NCBI GenBank assembly: GCA_964016885.1
Contig: OZ024752.1
Coordinates: 42,842,001-42,906,000, forward strand
Length of the DNA: 64,000 nt
DNA from: Eledone cirrhosa
Lineage: Eukaryota
Direction: 5' to 3'
Shown: positions 38,739 to 55,074 of the stretch, piece after piece
How the letters are laid out: the number at the start of each line of letters is the position of its first letter
Numbering within the stretch: the stretch's first letter is position 1
Position numbers and translations under genes: made by a program
The notes under the pieces: generated by a model
Seen by the model: only the letters and a program-made list of their open reading frames with translations
Database searches by the model: none
Told to the model about the DNA's origin: nothing

Positions 38739-38794
38739 CTCGGGACAAGAGAAAATACACAATATCAATATGGCCGCATAGGCAGGCATAGTAT
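38739..38794 (-). CDS. ABTB1: ABTB1 exon 3 (ankyrin)
   Basis: tttcag|A...G|gtaac; YYACLCGHIDIVYFLLSR(G). Confidence 0.94.
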
Positions 38795-39914
38795 CTGAAA
38801 TGAGAAAAAAAACAATAAAAAATGCCTTCCTAACACTCTCTCTCTATATATATATATATATTAATATATATATATATATTCAAAACAACGAACAGCGGAG
38901 GACGCGTTTCGCACCTTTCCGACAGACAACCTTTCCCCCACCCCGGAAAAAACCCCCAGTTGATGGATGTGAATCCGAAATATATAGGAACAATTAAATC
39001 TCTCCCAAGGTAACTCTCTCTCGTGTTGTTATTTTTATTTTATCCTTTATACTCTTTCCTTCATTCTCTACACGTCTTATACACACCACACATCTCAACG
39101 TACACCCACTTACATCTCTCTCTCCACCACCGGATCTTGTTACCCGGAGATTTACCCATTTGCATTGTCGAGGCTTCCAAATGACTTAAAGAAATTTACC
39201 ATATATATATATATATACACATACACACATATATATATATATATATATTATATATATTATATATTATATATATCTATATTATATATACGACCGTGACCTC
39301 TGGCGTCACGTAGTAATACAGAAGACCCGACCCCCCATGGGTACAAGCTGAAGCTGACGCATACAGACAATATTTCCCCAAACCCTCCCATTGCAAAGTG
39401 GTCGTGGAGGTGCCATGGCAAAAAAGCACCCAGCCCACACTGTAAAGTGGATGTGTAGGGACACGGAAAAAAAGCACCCAGCACTCACTGTAAATGAGGT
39501 TGGTGTTAGGAAGGGCATCCAGCTGTAGAAATCAAGTCAGAATCAGTTCCCGTATGAGCAATGCATGGTCAGCCGACCGGCTACTGCCCACAACAGGACA
39601 ACCCGTCTAACCCATGCTAGCGTGGAAGAACGGACATAAAACGGTGATGGTGATATACAGGCAGATAGACAACAATTGCAATATATATATATATAACGAA
39701 GGAAATGTGGTAAGGAACCAGGTGGACCATAACGCACCAAAGTACTCAATACTTAGGGTAGTAGAGTGGGTAATAGGAACAAGTAAGACCCCGACAGCTG
39801 AGCTCAAGCCGTTTCGACGGCTAATTGCGTCCAGAATTAGCCGTCGAAACGGCTTGAGCTCAGCCGTCGGGGTCTTACTTGTTCCTATATATATATATAT
39901 ATATATATATATAC

Positions 39915-40370
39915 TCGATTATTTTACTAATTTCAGTGAGAGATGGGCTCTGAATGCTTCAGATCTGCAACGGTTCAGGTGAAATGATCCTGCCATGATT
40001 AGGTGGATCTGTGGTCCCAAATTGAAAGATGTTACCCCTCCGACCATACTCCACCAGAAACTGGGTGTGGATGAGATCACTGCTGTCCTTCACACACAGC
40101 ATCTCTGTTGGTATGGGCATGTACAGCGAGCCATGCCATGCATCAACTCCATCACTCACTAGGCAATCCCTGGCACTAGAGATCGCGGTAGTCCAAGGAA
40201 GACGTGGCTGGAGTGCGTGAAGAGTGATTTGTATAAATGGAACTTGGCCGATGTCGATACTATGGACAGAAATTCATGGAGAGCGCCTGTGAGACATTGC
40301 CTGGTGATGCTTGCCTACCTCGGAGTCCAGGACAACCGTGGCACCCTAAAGAGCAAAACTGGATATGGAT
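39915..40370 (+). mobile_element. RTE-clade LINE 3' fragment
   Basis: SERWAL...AMIRWICG...WYGHVQR...PRKTWLECVKSDL...DRNSWR with stops and frameshifts. Confidence 0.8.
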
Positions 40371-40536
40371 GGAGTTATTATACTGCGGCCATGCTGGGGC
40401 ACCACCTTCAAGGGATTTAGTTGATCATATTGACCTTACTACTTAATTTTTCAGGCACAGCAAAGCCACATATCAATAACTGAACCAGTAAAAAAAATAT
40501 AAAGACATAAGAGGGAGTGAGATATCATAAACTTAC

Positions 40537-40599
40537 AAAGGTGTGCTATCCCATTTATCATGGATATTGATCTCCACATCTTTCTCATCTACCAGATAT
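40537..40599 (-). CDS. ABTB1: ABTB1 exon 2 (ankyrin)
   Basis: ttctag|A...TT|gtaagt; YLVDEKDVEINIHDKWDSTP(L). Confidence 0.94.
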
Positions 40600-40667
40600 C
40601 TAGAAAACGATGGAAGAAGAAAAAACATACAAAACAATGATATTAATAATTGTTTCTACTTTTGGGT

Positions 40668-41298
40668 GGTGGATTTGCAGTAGATTTGCAGTAGATTTGT
40701 GGTAGATTTGCAGTAGATTTGTGGTAGATTTGCAGTAGATTTGTGGTAGATTTGTGGTAGATTTGCAGTAGATTTGTGGTAGATTTGCAGTAAAATTTGT
40801 GGTAGATTTGCAGTAGATTTGCGGTAGATTTGTGGTAGATTTGCAGTAGATTTGTGGTAGATTTGCAGTAGATTTGTGGTAGATTTGCAGTGGATTTGTG
40901 GTAGATTTGCAGTAAAATTTGTGGTAGATTTGCAGTAGATTTGTGGTAGATTTGCAGTAGATTTGTGGTAGATTTGCAGTGGATTTGTGGTAGATTTGCA
41001 GTAAAATTTGTGGTAGATTTGCAGTAGATTTGTGGTAGATTTGCAGTAGATTTGTGGTAGATTTGTGGTAGATTTGCAGTAGATTTGTGGTAGATTTGCA
41101 GTAAAATTTGTGGTAGATTTGCAGTAGATTTGCGGTAGATTTGTGGTAGATTTGCAGTAGATTTGCAGTAGATTTGCGGTAGATTTGTGGTAGATTTGCA
41201 GTAGATTTGTGGTAGATTTGCAGTAAAATTTGTGGTAGATTTGCAGTAGATTTGCAGTGGATTTGTGGTAGATTTGCAGTAGATTTGTGGTAGATTGG
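40668..41298. repeat. 11-bp minisatellite (tagatttgcag/tagatttgtgg) grown from a SINE head
   Basis: array starts ggtggtggatttgcag and runs into gattggcagtatcggtagag of the SINE. Confidence 0.9.
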
Positions 41299-42837
41299 CA
41301 GTATCGGTAGAGCGTCGGACACCTTGCTTTGTGGCAAAGAGTTACGGCCCTTTATGATCTGGGTTCAAATCCTGCCGAGGTTAACTTTGCCTTTCATCCT
41401 TACAGGGTCGATAAAATAAAATACCAGTAATGTACTGGGGTCGATTTAATCGACTTTCCCCGCCCCTAAAATTATTGGCCTTGTGCCAAAATCAGAAACC
41501 ATTAATAATTGTTTCTACTTTTGGCATAAGGTCAGCAATTACCCCAGTGCATTACTGGTACTTTATTTTATCGACCTCGTAAGGATAAAAGGCAAGTTAA
41601 CCTTGGCGGGATTTGAACTCAGACAGTAAAGGGACGTAACTCTATGCAGCAAAGCATGACGTCCGACCCTCTACAGATACTGCCAATCAACCACAATGAT
41701 ATTAATAATTGTTTCTGATTTAGGCACAAGGCCAACAATTTGGGAAGAGAGGAAAAGTCGACCCCAGTACATTACTGGTACTTTATTTTATTGGCCCCGT
41801 AAGGACGAAAGGTAAAGCTAACCTCAACGCGATTTAAACTCAGAATGTAAAGTGCTGCAATTCTGTTTTGAAAAGCATGCTGTCTGACGCTCTACTGATT
41901 CTGTTATTGCTCCAAATTCATTAATTAATTCAACTATAATATATCATTTCCTCATCATTTCATTTTACGTCCACTTTTCCCTGCTTGCAAGGGTGGGACG
42001 GGAACAGATTCTGGCTTGATTTCTACAGCTGGATGCCCTTCCTAACACCAACCTCATTTACAGTGAGTGCTGGGTGCTTTTTTGCCGTGGCACCTCCACG
42101 ACCACTTTGCAGTGGAATGATAGGGACCCCAGTCCCTATCATCTTATTTCTACAGCTGAGTAAACTGGAGCAATGTGAAATAAAGTGTCTTGCTCAAGGA
42201 AACAACACATCACCCGGTCTGAGAATTGAACTCACAACCTTTCGATTGCAAGGCCAATGCTCTAACCACTAAGCCATGTGCCTCCATATATGTGAGTATA
42301 AATATGGTAATGAAAGAATTAACCATTTGACCACGCTGTCTCAATAAATAATATCAAAATCTCATAAATTTGAAACTATGTGAGATAATTATATGAGATA
42401 AAGCCTTTACCATGAAAATACTATAGTAGATATAGAGTAATGTAAATGTTATGTAAGGTAAAGCCTTTCCCATGAAAATACTATAGTAGATATAGAGTAA
42501 TGTAAATGCTAAAGGGAAATCTTTAACTCTTTTGTGACCATATGTCTATCAAAATACATAATGTTTGAATTAAATAATTGTTTCTACTTTAGGCACAAGG
42601 CCAGCAATCACCCAGTGCATTACTGATACTTTATTTTATCGACCCCGTACGGATTTGAACTCAGATCGTAAAGGGACGTAACTATGCTGGAAAGCATGGC
42701 GTCCGACTCTCTACCGATACTGCCAATTAAATAATGTAGAATTCGGAGAGCTTTACTAAAATTATTAAGCATTTCATTAAGATGCTATTTGTAACATAAC
42801 AGAAGGTTTTTATTTGAAATTAAGTTGAAGATTTTAA

Positions 42838-43200
42838 TCATCATCATCATCATCATCATCCTCTTCTTCAGCCCTGGAAAGTCAATAGAGGGACCTTCTC
42901 TAAGCTGTGCCATCTTAGTCAATCCTGAGCCATTTGTGGCCAAAATTTTTCAATTTTCTTGAGGCTCTCTCACCACTTGATTTTTCTGGTAGCTTCGCTT
43001 TCTTGCGCAACATCGGGTGGTCCAGAAGCTGACGTGGGTGACCCATCTGTTGTCAATCATTCTAGCAATGTGTCCTGCCCACTTCCATTTTGCTTTGCTA
43101 ATGATCTCTAGGATGTTGTGAACTTTTCTTCTTTCTCAGATCCATTCAGTGGTTTTCCAATCTCGCCATGTAATGTTTAACATGAATTTTAACAGGAACC
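42838..43200 (-). mobile_element. RTE-clade LINE 3' fragment
   Basis: ILEIISKAKWKWAGHIARMIDNRW and (GAT)n tail. Confidence 0.75.
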
Positions 43201-43241
43201 CATTTAAAATGGTTGGTTTTGTTCCATAGAACTAGATAGAT

Positions 43242-43279
<38 letters not shown>

Positions 43280-43488
43280 CCTGGGTCCTGTATTTTCGTT
43301 GCTCTAGTGATGCGGTCGGACTGCCGACTGCTATATCTAATTTGCTAAGCTGTCTGAACATAATGTTATACTCTGGGGTCTTACCTTATATGAGTGCTAA
43401 AGCTACAAACCGAATAAGCATACACGTTAGCTTGGCCGTATACTGAAGCTTCGTCTATGCTGTACTAAATTTATATATATATATATAT

Positions 43489-43835
43489 ATAATATAAGAT
43501 CAAAAGATGGTTAAAGGAGTTCCATATATTTTATTATGCGCATTTCAAAAACAAACATCATCAAGCAATAATATTTGTGTTTTCATCAGATAAAACAGGA
43601 GAACATGATATGAAGGCTAAAAAAACACTTGTTGATAGTGCAGTTTTAAATCAACATATCATTGATATGTTGATTTAAAACTGCACTATCAACAAGTGTT
43701 TTTTTAGCCTTCATATCATGTTCTCCTGTTTTATCTGATGAAAACACAAATATTATTGCTTGATGATGTTTGTTTTTGAAATGCGCATAATAAAATATAT
43801 GGAACTCCTTTAACCATCTTTTGATCTTATATTAT
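43489..43835. repeat. palindrome with 173-bp arms and 1-nt spacer (centre 43662)
   Basis: arms read as exact reverse complements by eye. Confidence 0.93.
43729..43795 (+). ncRNA. hammerhead motif in right arm of 347-bp palindrome (mirror copy on - strand at 43529-43595)
   Basis: uuuuau-CUGAUGA-[long helix II]-GAAAU-gcgc-AUA-auaaaa. Confidence 0.65.
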
Positions 43836-44112
43836 GCATACTCCAGTCCCACAAACTGTAGAGTGCTTCTTATCCGATATCTGCATTGCTTTATTGTACT
43901 ACAATAAAACTCACCTCCTATATATATATATATATATATATTAATATAATATTTTGAAATATAGTGTAAACATCATCCCATTGAACGTAATATATACGTA
44001 ATAGTCGACCACATAAATTTAAGCTAAAAAAAAAAAATAGTCTATATAGATAGATAGATAGAGACAGATAGATAGGTAGATAGATAGATAGATAAATATA
44101 TATATATATATA

Positions 44113-44502
44113 TATTTCTTTATTAGCCACAGGGGCACAAAAGAAGGGGACAAATACAAAGGGGGAAGTTTACATACAATAAAAACGTGCAAAATGTTAT
44201 CACAAATGGAATTTAAAAAGTTAGTCGATTTTCCCCAATAGGGGGAGACAGTTTATATGGGTAACACATACCCCCGAAAAAAATGTGCAACCCTCATCTC
44301 CAGGAGTACGAAGAGTTTGTACTCCTTTCCTCTCCTCCTCCTTTTCCTCAACCTACAGGCTGATATAGAGAGAAGGCCCATTCACTCGGGCCATTCTCGC
44401 CACTTTCACCCACCTTTCATAAAACTTGCTGGGGTACAGCACCTCTCTCTCCATCCTGATTCTTCTTCCAAAGTGGTATTTGAAAAAAAGAATCAGTTGT
44501 TG
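44113..44502 (-). mobile_element. L1/Tx1-like LINE 3' end
   Basis: ORF end [20 protein letters not shown]...FYERW, UTR ending taataaagaaat, a tail shared with ~10180-10270. Confidence 0.55.
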
Positions 44503-44605
44503 GATAGATAGATAGATAGATAGATAGATAGAGAGAGAGAGTGTGAGAGAGAGAGAGAGATAGAGAGATAGAGAGATAGAGAGAGAGATAGGTAGATAGA
44601 TGAAC

Positions 44606-44657
<52 letters not shown>

Positions 44658-44701
44658 AAAGAGAGAGATAGGTAGAGAGAGAGATAGGTAGATAGATGGA
44701 C

Positions 44702-44784
<83 letters not shown>

Positions 44785-45767
44785 TAGGTAGATAGAGAGA
44801 TAGAGAGAGAGATAGGTAGATAGATGGACAGATATATATAAATAGATAGAAAGAGACAGACAGATAAATAAATAAACAGATAGATAGATCTGCAAGAAAT
44901 GAGGTCTGCCAAATTTAAAGTGACTAAGACACGCCTTAAGTCAGGACAACGCTCCTACGACTTCATCAGGAGCTACTAGTGCATGCATGTATGCATGCAT
45001 AGATACATGGTGGCTGCCAACTCGTTTTCGAGTACGGCCACTACTTTATATCCATGTAGGAGAACCCCTACCGATGCGCTGAACGAGTGTGACTTTTTAG
45101 TCCAGCCTGCGACATGAAAACTCTGGTACAAACACTACACTTGTGACAATTATTGACACATAGTGCTGGGCCCATGGTACCATGTGATGATAAGTGCAGA
45201 GAGATCTCCAGATATAAAGCAATGCCTGTGCCGTGAAGCTTTTATAGTGAGCAAAGGCACTGCACAAAGCCAGTCCCACTCTCTTAACCAAGATGATATT
45301 TACCAAAAAGAAGAACAAGTCAACATCATTGGATACCATCAGGGTTGCAGGTGTTATATCAGAGTTTTCCTTCTCCTAGAATTCTGCCTTGACAAAGGCT
45401 AAGGGGTCATCTCTCCCATAGATACATACATACATACATACATACATACATGTATACATACATACCATACATACATACATGCATACATACATGCATACAT
45501 ACATACATGCATACATACATACATACCATACATGCATGCATTTATGCATGCATGCATGCATTTATGCATGCATGCATGCATGCATACATACATACATACA
45601 TACATACATACATACATACATACATACATACATACATACATACATACATACATACATACATACATACATACATACATACATACATACATACATACATACA
45701 TACATACATACATACATGCATGCATACATACATACGTTTGTGTGTGTTATTTGAATTCAAAACTTAC

Positions 45768-45823
45768 TCGACAGTTTTTAAATCTCCAATTCGGCAGCTT
45801 AAAAACAATTGTTCAATATCCAT
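45768..45823 (-). CDS. ABTB1: ABTB1 coding exon 1 (ankyrin)
   Basis: ATG at 45823; MDIEQLFLSCRIGDLKTV(E)|gtaagt; resembles recalled ABTB1 N-terminus DLFASCRKGD. Confidence 0.9.
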
Positions 45824-46241
45824 GATTCTCAACAGAACTAAACTATGCTTACAGATGAAATATTGAGTGTTTAGAACAAAAGATACCCACGAAATGGCTT
45901 TTGTTTGATAAATAGAAAAAATTACATTATATAGAGCATGAAAGGATAGGTTAATTGATACAATAAATACAACAAACGTTTATATTATATATTATATTAT
46001 ATAAACACAAAACCAAACGACACAAGTTTGTTTCTAAAATACTAATAAGTCTTTTAATGAACGTAAACAAGGTATGTTGTGATATACGGCTAGATTATTA
46101 CGACTGTGTTTGTTTAAGTCATTAGAGAGCAGAGACGAAAAACAAACGACAACAACAAACCCATCTCCAGAACAAACTAGTTTGAAATGCATTAGAAAGG
46201 TGTGTACGGTTGCGACAGCTGGTATGTTTGTTGTTTGTGGC

Positions 46242-46273
<32 letters not shown>

Positions 46274-47484
46274 GAGAGAAAAAGAGTTAACTAGCCACTT
46301 GTTCTTTGAAAATATGTTTGTGGATATATATATATATATTTATTATAAGAACAGATTAAAGTTTAAGCAAAAAATTGCTGCTCCCACCCTTAAATATTTG
46401 CTTTACGGGTTTATATATATATAATCCTTATCGAGCTCTCTTCGGATTTTAGTCTTCACATTTATTATTACTATATATATATATATATATATAAATGGAA
46501 CAAAGAGCGTAGATTAAAAACAAATAAAACTACTTATAAACAATCAGAAAAAAATCACTTATATTTGTACATATACAATACAGAATTTATCCGAGAATAT
46601 GTAAATGTATATATGTTGAATACATAGACATGTAAACACACCAAACAAGACGTTTTACTATATAGTATTTTTTTTTTCGCTTCAGTTCTCCGAGATTAAG
46701 ACTCGTTTAGGCCCCCAAAACTTTAGATATTTCCACGTATCGTCAACAACAAATTAATAATTTTGAATCAATGTATTATATGAACATAAATGTTGCACAG
46801 AGAAAATTTATTTTGCTACGCTATTATGACTTGATGTACACAAGTGGAAATGTTTCTAAGAGTTATTCAGCCTCATTTAACTGTTTAGATAACAGGATGT
46901 GTCTATTGATGTATGTATTGTTGCTGTATTTTACTGTTTTGCTCGTATTTATCTATTTAGACTTCTGCTTATTAATAGAATATTTTGAAATATAGTGTAA
47001 ACATCTTCCCATTGAACGTAATATATACGTAATAGTCGACCATATAAATTTAAATAAAAAAAAAAAATAGTCTAAAAATTACGACTTTTATAAGAATATA
47101 TACGGTAATAGATTATATAAAATGTGTGTGTGCTGTGTATATGTTGTATACAATAACAAAATGCTTAAGATGAATTTAGATTGACACTATATAGGAACAA
47201 AACAACGAAAAAGAATATATTAGAAAGAAAGGAAAAACTAAATAAGAAGAGATAAAATTAAGTGAGTTGCTACTTAGATACGACTGCAAAGAAAACCCCC
47301 GTAGAAGTAATATCTGTTGTTTTGAAGATACAATATTTAGTTGTACGAAACATCCAACGGTAAATTTAACAACAAACAATTAAATGTTTATATTTTCTGC
47401 TCTCAATAAACTTGATCAATTTTACATTAAGGCAATGAGAGTTATCTCCCATCCTCAAATTTCTGCGCATTATTAACGAGGTAT

Positions 47485-48112
47485 AAAGTACCAGTAATGC
47501 ACTGGGGTAATTGCTGGCCTTGTGCCAAAAGTAGAAACAATTATTAACGAGGTATTGGCAGGCGGACTGGCAGTATCGGTAGAGTGTCAGACACCATGCT
47601 TTGCAGCACAGAGTTATAGCCCTTTAGGTTCTGAGTTCAAATCCCGCCGAGGTTAACTTTGCCTTTCATCCTTACGGGGTCGATAAAATAAAGTACCAGT
47701 AATGTACTGGGATAATTGCTGGCCTTGTGCCAAAAGTAGAAACAATTATTAACGAGGTATGACGGTGGATTGGCAGTATCGGTAGAGTGTCAGATACCAT
47801 GCTTTGCAGCACAGAGTTATGGCCCTTTACGTTCCGAGTTCAAATCCGCCAAGGAGTTACGCATAGAGTTACGGCCCTTGCCATTCTGAGTTCAAATCCC
47901 GCCGAGGTTAACTTTGCCTTTCATCCTTACGGGGTCGATAAAATAAAGTACCAGTAATTGCTGGTCTTGTGCCAAAAGTAGACACTCTATCAGGGACGAT
48001 GGATTGGCAGTATCGGTAGAGCGTCATACATCATGCTTTGCGGCATAGAGTTATGGCCCTTTACGTTCTGAGTTAAAATCCCACCGAGGTTAACTTTGCC
48101 TTTCATTCTTAC
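47485..48112 (+). mobile_element. cluster of tandem SINE family C copies; dispersed copies at ~590-765, 6493-6700, 9430-9590, 10607-10795, 28445-28665, 31545-31661, 41290-41905, 42575-42727
   Basis: tggcagtatcggtagag...gagttcaaatcccgccgaggttaactttgcctttcatcc...aaataaagtaccagt. Confidence 0.85.
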
Positions 48113-48120
48113 CCACAAAA

Positions 48121-51103
48121 CCAGGGATATGTCTAGAACACCAGATGGTTGTGGCTTCCCCAGCCTCACAACCAGGCATATGTCTAGAACACCAGATGGT
48201 TGTGGCTTCCCCAGCCTCACAACCAGGCATATGTCTGGAACACCAGATGGTTGTGACCTCCCCAGCCTCACAACCAGGCATATGTCTAGAACACCAGATG
48301 GTTGTGGCCTCCCCAGCCTCACAACCAGGCATATGTATGGAACACCAGATGGTTGTGGCCTCCCCAGCCTCACAACCAGGCATATGTCTAGAACACCAGA
48401 TGGTTGTGACCTCCCCAGCCTCACAACCAGGCATATGTCTAGAACACCAGATGGTTGTGGCTTCCCCAGCCTCACAACCAGGCATATGTCTAGAACACCA
48501 GATGGTTGTGGCCTCCCCAGCCTCACAACCAGGCATATGTCTAGAACACCAGATGGTTGTGGCTTCCCCAGCCTCACAACCAGGCATATGTCTAGAACAC
48601 CAGATGGTTGTGGCCTCCCCAGCCTCACAACCAGGCATATGTCTAGAACACCAGATGGTTGTGGCCTCCCCAGCCTCACAACCAGGCATATGTCTAGAAC
48701 ACCAGATGGTTGTGACCTCCCCAGCCTCACAACCAGGCATATGTCTAGAACACCAGATGGTTGTGGCCTCCCCAGCCTCACAACCAGGCATATGTCTAGA
48801 ACACCAGATGGTTGTGGCCTCCCCAGCCTCACAACCAGGCATATGTCTAGAACACCAGATGGTTGTGGCCTCCCCAGCCTCACAACCAGGCATATGTCTA
48901 GAACACCAGATGGTTGTGGCCTCCCCAGCCTCACAACCAGGCATATGTCTAGAACACCAGATGGTTGTGGCCTCCCCAGCCTCACAACCAGGCATATGTC
49001 TAGAACACCACATGGTTGTGGCCTCCCCAGCCTCACAACCAGGCATATGTCTAGAACACCAGATGGTTGTGAAGTCTTTAGCCTCACAACCAGGCATATG
49101 TCTAGAACACCAGATGGTTGTGAAGTCTTTAGCCTCACAACCAGGCATATGTCTAGAACACCAGATGGTTGTGAAGTCTTTAGCCTCACAACCAGGCATA
49201 TGTCTAGAACACCACATGGTTGTGGCCTCCCCAGCCTCACAACCAGGCATATGTCTAGAACACCAGAGGGTTGTGGCCTCCCCAGCCTCACAACCAGGCA
49301 TATGTATGGAACACCAGATGGTTGTGGCCTCCCCAGCCTCACAACCAGGCATATGTCTGGAACACCACATGGTTGTGGCCTCCCCAGCCTCACAACCAGG
49401 CATATGTCTAGAACACCAGAGGGTTGTGGCCTCCCCAGCCTCACAACCAGGCATATGTCTAGAACACCAGATGGTTGTGGCCTCCCCAGCCTCACAACCA
49501 GGCATATGTCTAGAACACCAGATGGTTGTGGCCTCCCCAGCCTCACAACCAGGCATATGTCTAGAACACCAGATGGTTGTGGCCTCCCCAGCCTCACAAC
49601 CAGGCATATGTCTAGAACACCAGATGGTTGTGGCCTCCCCAGCCTCACAACCAGGCATATGTCTAGAACACCAGATGGTTGTGGCCTCCCCAGCCTCACA
49701 ACCAGGCATATGTCTAGAACACCACATGGTTGTGGCCTCCCCAGCCTCACAACCAGGCATATGTCTAGAACACCAGATGGTTGTGAAGTCTTTAGCCTCA
49801 CAACCAGGCATATGTCTAGAACACCAGATGGTTGTGAAGTCTTTAGCCTCACAACCAGGCATATGTCTAGAACACCAGATGGTTGTGAAGTCTTTAGCCT
49901 CACAACCAGGCATATGTCTAGAACACCAGATGGTTGTGGCCTCCCCAGCCTCACAACCAGGCATATGTCTAGAACACCAGAGGGTTGTGGCCTCCCCAGC
50001 CTCACAACCAGGCATATGTATGGAACACCAGATGGTTGTGGCCTCCCCAGCCTCACAACCAGGCATATGTCTGGAACACCAGATGGTTGTGGCCTCCCCA
50101 GCCTCACAACCAGGCATATGTCTGGAACACCAGATGGTTGTGGCTTCCCCAGCCTCACAACCAGGCATATGTCTAGAACACCAGATGGTTGTGGCCTCCC
50201 CAGCCTCACAACCAGGCATATGTCTAGAACACCAGATGGTTGTGGCCTCCCCAGCCTCAAAACCAGGCATATGTCTAGAACACCAGATGGTTGTGGCTTC
50301 CCCAGCCTCACAACCAGGCATATGTCTAGAACACCAGATGGTTGTGGCCTCCCCAGCCTCACAACCAGGCATATGTCTAGAACACCAGATGGTTGTGGCC
50401 TCCCCAGCCTCACAACCAGGCATATGTCTAGAACACCAGATGGTTGTGAAGTCTTTAGCCTCACAACCAGGCATATGTCTAGAACACCAGATGGTTGTGG
50501 CCTCCCCAGCCTCACAACCAGGCATATGTCTAGAACACCAGATGGTTGTGGCCTCCCCAGCCTCACAACCAGGCATATGTCTAGAACACCAGATGGTTGT
50601 GGCCTCCCCAGCCTCACAACCAGGCATATGTCTAGAACACCAGATGGTTGTGGCCTCCCCAGCCTCACAACCAGGCATATGTCTGGAACACCAGATGGTT
50701 GTGGCCTCCCCAGCCTCACAACCAGGCATATGTCTAGAACACCAGATGGTTGTGACCTCCCCAGCCTCACAACCAGGCATATGTCTGGAACACCAGATGG
50801 TTGTGACCTCCCCAGCCTCACAACCAATCATATGTCTGGAACACCAGATGGTTGTGGCCTCCCCAGCCTCACAACCAGGCATATGTCTGGAACACCAGAT
50901 GGTTGTGACCTCCCCAGCCTCACAACCAGGCATATGTCTGGAACACCAGATGGTTGTGACCTCCCCAGCCTCACAACCAATCATATGTCTGGAACACCAG
51001 ATGGTTGTGGCCTCCCCAGCCTCACAACCAGGCATATGTCTAGAACACCAGATGGTTGTGGCCTCCCCAGCCTCACAACCAATCATATGTCTGGAACACC
51101 AGA
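48121..51103. repeat. 51-bp minisatellite (~58 copies) with hairpin-forming unit
   Basis: unit ccaggcatatgtctagaacaccagatggttgtggcctccccagcctcacaa; 17-aa periodic ORFs in 4 frames. Confidence 0.97.
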
Positions 51104-51172
51104 AGAAATTGTTGTGCAAAACTGAATTAGAGCCAAATTATCTGTAACAAGGATCTCTTAGAAGCTTAACAC

Positions 51173-54807
<3,635 letters not shown>

Positions 54808-55074
54808 ACCCTTTAGCTACCATATCCCTAATGAAAGTCACGGTTGATGATTTTGAAAATAATCAAAAATTTGAATAGGTTTTGTAACATAACTAACTTT
54901 CTCATTAAGCTGGGTGTTTGGAACATAACTTAACGAAGGCGCTTACCTACCTAAAATTTTGATGGAAAGTTTTTAGATAAATGTGTTGTGTTATGATAAA
55001 CTCAACCTAGTTTATTCTGTAAATTGGTAGTGCTAGTACCGTGATAAAAATAGCAATACCAAAACACTGTAAAG

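Noticed and set aside
44930-44975. CTGATGA plus hairpin on the minus strand as a hammerhead
   Set aside because: No GAAA after helix II
43950-47075. ~95-bp direct repeat (43950-44044 and 46981-47074) flanking ABTB1 exon 1 as LTRs
   Set aside because: No TG...CA ends, primer-binding site or internal retroviral ORF; more likely a local duplication or dispersed repeat
48121-51103. CRISPR-like array of palindromic repeats
   Set aside because: No unique spacers and no cas genes; eukaryotic context
47990-51147. Four ~1000-aa ORFs
   Set aside because: They result from a 51-bp (17-codon) unit that is stop-free in four frames on both strands; there is no domain, unique sequence or splice context
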